From Patescibacteria group bacterium (GTDB taxonomy: Bacteria; Patescibacteriota; Minisyncoccia; Minisyncoccales; CG1-02-41-26), in the NCBI GenBank assembly GCA_018830365.1, contig JAHJSK010000078.1, forward strand, positions 1-11,476: DNA of 11,476 nt, written 5' to 3'. Position numbers and translations under genes: made by a program. This document shows positions 4,967 to 11,476 of the stretch, piece after piece. A model generated the notes under the pieces. It searched no databases, was not told where the DNA came from, and was given only the letters and a program-made list of their open reading frames with translations. Each line of letters opens with the position of its first letter. Position 1 is the first letter of the stretch.

Positions 4967-6754
4967 ATGTTTTCTTTTTTAAAGAAAAAAAATACTATTG
5001 AAGAATTGAAAATTGAACCAGAAGAATTTTTTGTTCAGGACCTTATTGCGCCACCTTCAATAGAAATATCAGGGAACCGTTTAAAATTGGGAGAAAGATT
5101 TTCCAAGACCTTTTTTGTTTTTTCTTATCCGCGATATCTTTCCACTGGCTGGATGTCTCCAGTAATCAATCTCAATTATCCTCTGGATATTTCTTTTCAT
5201 ATTCATCCCATAGACACCAATGAAATTTTAAAAAAACTGCGAAAAAAATTAACAGAAGTGCAAGCAGAATTAATGGAAAGAGAAGAAAAGGGACTGATCC
5301 GCGACCCGACCTTAGAAACAGCGTACAATGACATTGAAACACTAAGGGACTCTCTTCAGACAGTTCAAGAAAGAGTTTTTCAATTAGGAATTTATGTAAC
5401 TATTTACGCGGACAATGAAAAAGAACTAAGCGAGGTTGAAACTAAATTAAGGTCCATATTTGAGCCCCGGCTAATTTATGTTAAGCCCGCGCTATTAAGA
5501 GAAAAAGAGGGTTTTACTTCCACCGCGCCATATGGATTAGACGAAATTATGGTTCACACTCCAATGAACACGGAACCCTTGTCCAGCATTTTTCCTTTTA
5601 TCTCTCCTGATCTAAGCGCAAATGAAGGAATTTTGTATGGTTTGAATAAGCACAACAATTCTTTGGTTCTTTTTGATCGCTTTACTTTGGAAACAGGAAA
5701 TATGTGCGTTTTTGGCAAGTCCGGCTCTGGCAAAAGCTTTTTCTGCAAGTTGGAGACCTTAAGATATTTAATGCAAGGAGTGGATTGCATTGTTATTGAC
5801 CCGGAAAACGAATATGAATGGCTCGCTAACGCGGTTGGCGGGTCTTTTTTCAAAATTTCCTTAACTTCTCCTCATCATTTAAATCCTTTTGATTTGCCTG
5901 CGCCAAAAGAAGATGAAAAAGCGGAAGATGTTTTAAGGGCTAATGTGATAAACTTGGTGGGACTTTTTAGAATAATGTTAAGCAATTTGACTCCGCAGGA
6001 AGACGCTATCATAGACAGGGCTATTGCTGAAACATATTATGCCCGAGACATTACCGCCGATTCGGACCCAGCCACATGGAAAGACAAAACACCTTTAATG
6101 TCGGACTTTCAGACAATTTTGGAAGGAATGGAAGGAGCCGAGTCCTTGGTGGAGCGCGTAAGAAAATTTACCACTGGAAGCTATGGCCAATTTTTTAACA
6201 ACCCCTCTAATGTTTCTGTGGACAAAAACCTTGTTGCATTTGGGATTAGAGATATGGAAGAAGAATTAAGGCCAATGGCAATGTTTCTCATTTTAAGATA
6301 TATTTGGAATAATGTAAAAGCAGAATTAAAAAAAAGAATTTTGTTAGTGGACGAGGCATGGTGGTTGATGCGGACAGAAGATGGCGCTTCTTTTCTTTTC
6401 GGCATTTGCAAGAGGTCTAGAAAATATTGGTTAGGCGTTTCCACTATTACGCAGGACATTAGCGATTTTATGAAATCAACTTATGGCCAGCCAATTATTA
6501 CCAACTCGTCATTGTTGCTTTTGATGAAGCAATCGCCAGCTGCCATTGATTACGCGCAAAAAACATTTAATTTAACTGAGCAGGAAAAATTTCTTTTATT
6601 GGAATCCGATGTGGGGGAGGGGATTTTCCTTGCGGGCAAAAAAAGAGTGGCTTTGAAAGTAATCGGTTCTTACGCGGAAGAGCAAATTATTACCAGCGCT
6701 CCGGAACAAGTGGAAAAAATAAAACAAGCTAAGAAGAGATTGAATAACATTTGA
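4967..6754 (+). CDS. virB4: VirB4/TraC/TrbE-family T4SS ATPase, middle and C-terminal domains (595 aa)
   Basis: Walker A is VFGKSGSGKSFF. Walker B is the VirB4-typical ILLVDEAWWL (DEAW). The family-typical downstream block is RSRKYWLGVSTITQDISDF. The middle-domain pattern is FFVFSYPRYLSTGWMSPVINLNYPLDISFHIHPID. Confidence 0.85.
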   Translation: MFSFLKKKNTIEELKIEPEEFFVQDLIAPPSIEISGNRLKLGERFSKTFFVFSYPRYLSTGWMSPVINLNYPLDISFHIHPIDTNEILKKLRKKLTEVQAELMEREEKGLIRDPTLETAYNDIETLRDSLQTVQERVFQLGIYVTIYADNEKELSEVETKLRSIFEPRLIYVKPALLREKEGFTSTAPYGLDEIMVHTPMNTEPLSSIFPFISPDLSANEGILYGLNKHNNSLVLFDRFTLETGNMCVFGKSGSGKSFFCKLETLRYLMQGVDCIVIDPENEYEWLANAVGGSFFKISLTSPHHLNPFDLPAPKEDEKAEDVLRANVINLVGLFRIMLSNLTPQEDAIIDRAIAETYYARDITADSDPATWKDKTPLMSDFQTILEGMEGAESLVERVRKFTTGSYGQFFNNPSNVSVDKNLVAFGIRDMEEELRPMAMFLILRYIWNNVKAELKKRILLVDEAWWLMRTEDGASFLFGICKRSRKYWLGVSTITQDISDFMKSTYGQPIITNSSLLLLMKQSPAAIDYAQKTFNLTEQEKFLLLESDVGEGIFLAGKKRVALKVIGSYAEEQIITSAPEQVEKIKQAKKRLNNI

Positions 6755-6806
6755 CAATTGACAATTGACATTTGACAATTGACAATTGACATTTGACATT
6801 TGACAA
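6751..6806. repeat. Heptanucleotide microsatellite (TTGACAW)x8, with units TTGACAA or TTGACAT. It overlaps the VirB4 stop codon (TGA inside the first unit) and lies about 100 bp upstream of the pilin-like gene.
   Basis: Eight perfect 7-bp units counted by index from 6751 to 6806, then TTAG. Each unit carries the sigma70 -35 consensus hexamer. Confidence 0.85.
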
Positions 6807-6836
6807 TTAGCAAATAATTTTCAAGCTCCAATTTTT

Positions 6837-6895
6837 GTCCCTTCGGGACATCACCCGTAGGGTGATCGTCCTGCGGATGACCACCCGTAGGGCGG
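6837..6895 (+). promoter_or_regulatory. GC-rich multi-hairpin leader element. It contains GTCCC-uuc-GGGAC, AUCACCC-gua-GGGUGAU, GUCC-ugc-GGAU and CCACCC-gua-GGGCGG. CACCCGTAGGG occurs as a direct repeat at 6853-6863 and 6883-6893.
   Basis: Four consecutive triloop hairpins in a roughly 60-nt island of about 60% GC within AT-rich DNA, ending 13 nt before ATG 6909. Confidence 0.4.
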
Positions 6896-6908
6896 CAATG
6901 AAATTCCA

Positions 6909-8066
6909 ATGAATCAATTTTCAAACAACACTAAAAAAATATTAATCGGTTTTTTATTGGTCGGATTTGTTTTTTCGTCATCGTTGGTTTTGGCTGCGCA
7001 AGCCCAGCAAACGCGGACTTCTGTTTTTGAAATAAATTATCCGACAATACCCGGCGCGTACACGCCTCAACAAATTTCATCGCGGCCAGAATCAGAGCGC
7101 TTGCCTCTTTACATTAATTATTTTCTCCGTTTGTTTTTTATTCTTGCTATTGGAATTGCCGCGGCAATGGTTCTTTTTGGCGGGGTTCTTTATTTGGCTT
7201 CTCGAGGAATGGACAAGCCAGCGCTTTTGATTTTGGCAAATGCCCGCATACAACAAGGGCTCTTGGGCCTTTTAATCATTGTGTCCGCGTATTTGGTTTT
7301 GGCTGTTATTAATCCTCAATTATTGGTCTTTAAGACAATGATACCGACCGCGCCCGGAGACATTACTGTTGGCGAACCTGCTTTTAACAACAAAGTTCCT
7401 TTTGTAAAAGCGCCCATTGGCTGTTTAATGGATAATTTTTTAAAATCCCTTATGTCAACAACAACTGCGTCAACAACTTGCAATGGAAACAATTATACTC
7501 AACCAAATGTCTACAAAATTGAACTTCCTCTTTGGGAGGCATTAAAACTTTTAGATTGCGCGCAAACATTGTCAGAAGAGATTGTGGTTTTATTGGAAGA
7601 TTGCAAGTGCGGGAAGTCAATATATCATGTAGCAAGACCATTTGGCTCTGACAAAACAACTTGCGTGGGGGGAGTAGACGCGTTAGCTCGAATAGGGAAA
7701 TGCGATGAAAATTGTAAAAATTGCGGAGAAGGGGAAAAGGTTTGGGGAGGTACCATATATATATGTCCCACTTCAACCTTAGCAATAAAGAGAGATGAAC
7801 TCGCGGGTATTATGAGCAAATTAAAAGGAAGCGAGTTTAAAACAAATTTTGAGCAAATAGAGTTGATTAGAAAAACATTGGGAACGAACTCTGCTGAGTA
7901 TTTAACCCGGGAATTGCAAGGATATAGTTTTCAAGAGGATTTTAATGAGCAGGCAAAAAAATTAAAAGAACAGGGATACGATGTTGCGGAGACAATAACT
8001 TCGCAATATCCTGAAAAATGCAAAATTGACCCTTTTACTTTTTATGCGCCGATCAAGGGAGAATAG
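6909..8066 (+). CDS. Secreted membrane protein (385 aa) with a signal peptide, a VirB2/TrbC pilin-like pair of hydrophobic helices, and a Cys-rich C-terminal domain
   Basis: The signal peptide is MNQFSNNTKKILIGFLLVGFVFSSSLVLAAQA|QQ. The two hydrophobic helices FLRLFFILAIGIAAAMVLFGGVLYLAS and GLLGLLIIVSAYLVLAVINP are separated by a short loop. The C-terminal domain has more than 10 Cys (CKCGKS..CVGG..CDENCKNCGEGE..ICPTS). No SD. Confidence 0.6.
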   Translation: MNQFSNNTKKILIGFLLVGFVFSSSLVLAAQAQQTRTSVFEINYPTIPGAYTPQQISSRPESERLPLYINYFLRLFFILAIGIAAAMVLFGGVLYLASRGMDKPALLILANARIQQGLLGLLIIVSAYLVLAVINPQLLVFKTMIPTAPGDITVGEPAFNNKVPFVKAPIGCLMDNFLKSLMSTTTASTTCNGNNYTQPNVYKIELPLWEALKLLDCAQTLSEEIVVLLEDCKCGKSIYHVARPFGSDKTTCVGGVDALARIGKCDENCKNCGEGEKVWGGTIYICPTSTLAIKRDELAGIMSKLKGSEFKTNFEQIELIRKTLGTNSAEYLTRELQGYSFQEDFNEQAKKLKEQGYDVAETITSQYPEKCKIDPFTFYAPIKGE

Positions 8067-8144
8067 TTTGTAGCTTATTAGCTTGTAGCTTATTAGGGAA
8101 TTTCCTAAGAAGCTAAAAAGCTAAAAAGCTAAGAAGCTAAAAAC
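8067..8144. repeat. Spacer built from TAGCTTATTAG x2 (8071-8081 and 8086-8096), a GGAATTTCC centre, then the octamer (AAGCTAAA)x4 (8110-8141) ending 3 nt before the ATG of the giant gene. The two halves are imperfect inverted repeats of each other.
   Basis: Direct reading. CTAAGAAGCTA (8105-8115 and 8128-8138) is the revcomp of TAGCTTATTAG with one mismatch. Confidence 0.7.
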
Positions 8145-11100
8145 ATGTTTCACAATTCCCACATAAAAAAAATAATAATCAGTGGCTTATTGCTTGGATT
8201 GATTTTTCAATCCAGCATCTCTTTTGCCGTGGCAACAAATCCTTTGCCAAATCCTTATCCAGAAGAACTGCTTAAACACAACACAAATGTGCTTTACGAA
8301 AACGAAAGATTTAGTTTGTTTTTGGTTTTGAGCCGTTTGTCATTGGAAGAGCTTCAAGAAATGCTGAAAGAATGTTTGGCTATGGCTTTTCGTACCGAAG
8401 GAGAATTTAAAATGAGCACAACAACACTTAGCGCAACTATTGACCAATCCTTTAAAGATGGATTGTCTAATTTTTTAGCTGAGTATTTGAGTCCGGGCAG
8501 TGATGATTATGCCGAAGCGTTTTATAAAAAATTAAAAGATGAAATAAATGAAAAATATGAAACATGCACAAGCACAGAAGCGGAAAGACCGGATTGCATT
8601 CAAAAATGCGTGAACCAAGAAGGAATTTCCGAAACAGAGTGCGCGAGAAAATGCAGGAAAACAAGCAAAGCAATTTCCGACCTTTTGGCTGATTTTTTAA
8701 CTGGGGATTTAAGATCTAAACTTCCAAGTGAAATTCAAAAAATTCTTAATGAGCGATTAAGAGATGTTATTTTTTCAGATAAAGTGAACGCTATTTTAAG
8801 CACAAGCACTTTGGCTGTTTTAAACAAGGCGCTCGGCGAAGCTTTGAATAAAACTATTGTTGATGAAGTTCCTGCTTTAAAAGAAACCTTGGGCAGAAAA
8901 GTAACAAGTTATATGGCGCCTTCGCTTGTAAAGCCGCTGGAAAAAATAGATCGACTTTTATCATTTAAAATAGAGGATTTAAAAACATATATAGACAATA
9001 AAATAGCGAGCACTACCGCGACAATGGCCGCTAAATTAAAAGAAGCGGTGACAAAGACCAAAAATACCGCAAACGCGGGGACAAATCTTGATAGAACAGG
9101 GTGTTGTAACATTGCTTATTTTAGGGGCGAACATTGGTATTGGAGCTTCACAGAAAGAAAATGCAAGTACGCAGACAGAGCTTATATAAACGATCACTGG
9201 AGTACAATTTTATTAGGGATTAGAGATTGCGGCACCAAGGATACCAATATAATACCCGGGGAAACTATGTCCCCGCCTCAAAATCAGATAGATTTTTGCG
9301 AGATGTCATCGGATTCCTGCTGGCAGAATAGCGTGTGCGCGCAATGCGACAAAGCGGAAACATGGAAAGAAGTATTTAATATTGGGCAATGGTGGAGCTC
9401 GTTCACTAAAAATTTATTCACTGCTTTGCTCGCTATGCCTCAGCAAATAATGCTCGCTATGATTGATGTTGCGGCTCACACTTTAACAGAGTACGCCCAG
9501 GTCTGGGTGGAAGACGAACTCATTGCTCCGCTCCAGCCCTATTTTAATAAATTCGCGGAGTTTCAGAAAAAACTCCATAAAGCGCTGAATTACACGGTTG
9601 CGGATCTTTTGCCTAAACAAGCAAAAGTTTTATTGACAAGCAACGCTGACCAGATATTGGACATGATATGCAAGGGCGCACAAAAAGGCGGGATAGATAT
9701 AGGATCAGAAGAAGAAGAAATCAAAAAAAATAGAGAGGCGGCTTGTAATACTTACAAAGAACTTCACCAAGACCTCTTAAGCCAATTAGCAGACACCGGG
9801 CATTTGGGCAAGGAAATCAAGGACGCTTTAAACAGCACGGTTTTTAAATTACTTCCGTCAAATTTGCAACAACTTCTCGCAAGCTCTACCGCTGAGCTTC
9901 TCTGGCCTGAAATAACTAATATTAAAAAATTAATTTTAGGAACGCCAAAGCAAATTATTTGCGGCGAGCTTTTTAATAAAAATTTTGAAGTAAAAATTGA
10001 CGACACTAATTCATCGGTTTTTGAAAAATGCACTACAGCGGGACCAATAGGATTAAGAACAACGCAAGGCACGATTGGACTCCTTCCTTACATAGACAAA
10101 ACCAGTACTTTTTGGACAGGACTAAACAGCGGACTCAAAGAAAAATACGCTATTTCCTGCCCCATTATTTGGTATGTGTGTCAAAACCCTCTTTCCCCAT
10201 GGGGCGCAAAGGTTGGAGATGTGCTCGTTAATATTATAAGTAGTCAATGCGCGAGCATAGATAAAAAAACAAGCAACAAATGCGGCTGGAACAATTATAG
10301 CGCGCCTGCAAACGCAAATTTGCCTGACGAGTTTAAGCCCGGGTGCGCGGCTTGTAAAACTTTAAATTCTTCTCTGGCATTTAGTTTGTTTAAATATGGA
10401 ATGGAGCAAAAATATGGCACCAGCACTGCGGCTGTATCTCCAACTAACCCAAGACTAAATGAGCGCGCGGCTTATCAATGGCTTTATGTGGCTTTTCCGC
10501 TTTTAAGAGACAGCGCCAACATTTCAAATTTTAATGGCGGGACAAAGCAAGTGGCAGTAGTGGCAAGAGGATTTAAAGAAGCAGAGTGGGATGATAATGT
10601 CCCAAATAGCACAAGCAGTATTGTCCAAGAAATAAAATATTATTCTGGCACTAGTGAACTTCCTCCATCAGCCACTGCGTTGGCGCAAACTTTTATAACT
10701 TGGATGACCAATGAAGCGTCTGGCAAAGAAATTCTTACTTCCATTCCATTGGGCGTGATCAAGCCATTTAATCCCGGGGAGGCAACATTGCTAAGAGACG
10801 CTGGCAAAGGTTCTAAAAATGAAGAGTTCCTTGCTTACACGCCTTATGAGTTTTTGGAACAAGAATTGTGCCGCAAAGTAATCGCGGATTTTAAAAAAGA
10901 TTATTCCACTTCTACCATAGAAGCGATTATGGCAACTGAAGCAAATAAATTAGCCCAAATAAGCGGGATTCCTTATTCAGTTGAAAGCTTGCGACATACA
11001 ACTATGGCGCAAGCGGAACAAATTCTTTTGAGCAATGACGAAATTGACGCTGAACGCAAAGCCAGTTATCTTACTTGTTTTGCGTTGGACAAAAAACCAG

Positions 11101-11476
11101 CCGCGCTATTTGGTTTGGACCAAAAACTGATTGAATATGTAAGGCCTGAACCGTACAAAGTTCTTTTTACTTTAATCAAAGAAAAATTAAAAGAGGACGA
11201 AAGACCAACCCTTTTAAATAAACTTTTAATTTATCTTTATAGATGGAACCCTGTTGACCTTGCTTGCGCGATATTGACGAAAAAATCATATGACGCAGAC
11301 GAGCGAGCTGTTATTGATAATGCTTCAAGCACTCCAGCTGAGATAGCCGCTGCGCAAAAAAGAATAGAAAGCAAAAAAACAATGACTGATTTTGCCTGCA
11401 ATTTCTTGGGCACTACTATGGGAGATCGGATAAAAAAATATTTGCCAAAAAAGGAGATGATTTGTCTTATCGCGGA
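8145..11476 (+). CDS. Giant secreted Cys-rich protein, more than 1110 aa. The 5' end is complete and the 3' end runs past the window edge.
   Basis: Frame 3 is open from ATG 8145 to the window end. It was checked codon by codon at 9051-9120 and 10200-10260, where other frames have TAG/TAA. The signal peptide is MFHNSHIKKIIISGLLLGLIFQSSISFA|VA. There are many Cys clusters (CIQKCVNQ..ECARKCRK, GCCNIAYF, CEMSSDSCWQNSVCAQCD, CAACKTL). It is mostly hydrophilic. All listed minus-strand ORFs in this span are antisense artefacts. Confidence 0.65.
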   Translation, partial: MFHNSHIKKIIISGLLLGLIFQSSISFAVATNPLPNPYPEELLKHNTNVLYENERFSLFLVLSRLSLEELQEMLKECLAMAFRTEGEFKMSTTTLSATIDQSFKDGLSNFLAEYLSPGSDDYAEAFYKKLKDEINEKYETCTSTEAERPDCIQKCVNQEGISETECARKCRKTSKAISDLLADFLTGDLRSKLPSEIQKILNERLRDVIFSDKVNAILSTSTLAVLNKALGEALNKTIVDEVPALKETLGRKVTSYMAPSLVKPLEKIDRLLSFKIEDLKTYIDNKIASTTATMAAKLKEAVTKTKNTANAGTNLDRTGCCNIAYFRGEHWYWSFTERKCKYADRAYINDHWSTILLGIRDCGTKDTNIIPGETMSPPQNQIDFCEMSSDSCWQNSVCAQCDKAETWKEVFNIGQWWSSFTKNLFTALLAMPQQIMLAMIDVAAHTLTEYAQVWVEDELIAPLQPYFNKFAEFQKKLHKALNYTVADLLPKQAKVLLTSNADQILDMICKGAQKGGIDIGSEEEEIKKNREAACNTYKELHQDLLSQLADTGHLGKEIKDALNSTVFKLLPSNLQQLLASSTAELLWPEITNIKKLILGTPKQIICGELFNKNFEVKIDDTNSSVFEKCTTAGPIGLRTTQGTIGLLPYIDKTSTFWTGLNSGLKEKYAISCPIIWYVCQNPLSPWGAKVGDVLVNIISSQCASIDKKTSNKCGWNNYSAPANANLPDEFKPGCAACKTLNSSLAFSLFKYGMEQKYGTSTAAVSPTNPRLNERAAYQWLYVAFPLLRDSANISNFNGGTKQVAVVARGFKEAEWDDNVPNSTSSIVQEIKYYSGTSELPPSATALAQTFITWMTNEASGKEILTSIPLGVIKPFNPGEATLLRDAGKGSKNEEFLAYTPYEFLEQELCRKVIADFKKDYSTSTIEAIMATEANKLAQISGIPYSVESLRHTTMAQAEQILLSNDEIDAERKASYLTCFALDKKPAALFGLDQKLIEYVRPEPYKVLFTLIKEKLKEDERPTLLNKLLIYLYRWNPVDLACAILTKKSYDADERAVIDNASSTPAEIAAAQKRIESKKTMTDFACNFLGTTMGDRIKKYLPKKEMICLIA

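Noticed and set aside
5554-6459. Minus-strand ORFs 5554..5853 and 6181..6459
   Set aside because: They are antisense within the VirB4 ATPase CDS.
6837-6895. tRNA or tmRNA
   Set aside because: The hairpins have 3-nt loops. No 7-nt anticodon or T-loop, no GTTC motif and no acceptor/CCA geometry are present.
6596-6924. Minus-strand ORFs 6596..6799 and 6670..6924 with repetitive peptides (SNVNCQL x3, HPTGD)
   Set aside because: They are translations of the TTGACAW microsatellite and the CACCCGTAGGG repeats, not genes.
7450-7819. Minus-strand ORFs 7450..7785 and 7625..7819
   Set aside because: They are antisense within the 385-aa secreted protein CDS.
8467-10231. ORFs 8467..8673-, 8909..9112-, 9764..10072- and 10028..10231+
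   Set aside because: All lie antisense or out-of-frame inside the long frame-3 ORF, which is continuous from 8145 to the window end (verified at 9051-9120 and 10200-10260).

Overview
AT-rich (~35% GC) bacterial segment of unknown lineage. The lack of Shine-Dalgarno sequences on most genes, the cysteine-rich secreted proteins and a minimal type IV secretion module are compatible with a small-genome symbiont such as a CPR/Patescibacteria-like organism, but this is inference. From left to right the window holds the K/E-rich 3' end of a + strand gene (1..138) and a small acidic protein P1 (153..575). A 414-aa SPFH/band-7-like membrane protein follows on the minus strand (747..1991), with a strong SD and an intrinsic terminator. 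Next is a 580-bp divergent spacer carrying two homologous long-stem hairpins and a sigma70-like promoter module. That module precedes P2 (2575..3066), a diverged paralog of P1 sharing an identical C-terminal DDVYREPIE tail. The following 590-bp spacer is packed with GC-rich perfect palindromes of the form TTAC...GTAA, a second copy of the promoter module and a terminator-like hairpin. After it comes a type IV secretion-like gene block. The block consists of a PrgI/VirB3-like 2-TM protein (3660..4070) and a VirB4-family ATPase split into an N-terminal fragment (4271..4930) and an ATPase body (4967..6754), in the same frame but separated by TGA, TAA and a 36-bp tandem repeat. It continues with a secreted pilin-like protein with a Cys-rich C-terminal domain (6909..8066) and a giant secreted Cys-rich protein of more than 1110 aa that runs off the window (8145..11476+). 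Almost every intergenic spacer in the T4SS block is built from short tandem or inverted simple-sequence repeats. These include (TTGACAW)x8 overlapping the VirB4 stop, (AAGCTAAA)x4 abutting the giant gene start, and GCAAAAC-family inverted repeats. This suggests slipped-strand phase-variable control of the surface genes. No rRNA, tRNA, CRISPR array, transposase or integrase gene is visible. All functional calls are from motif recognition by eye, with no database searches.
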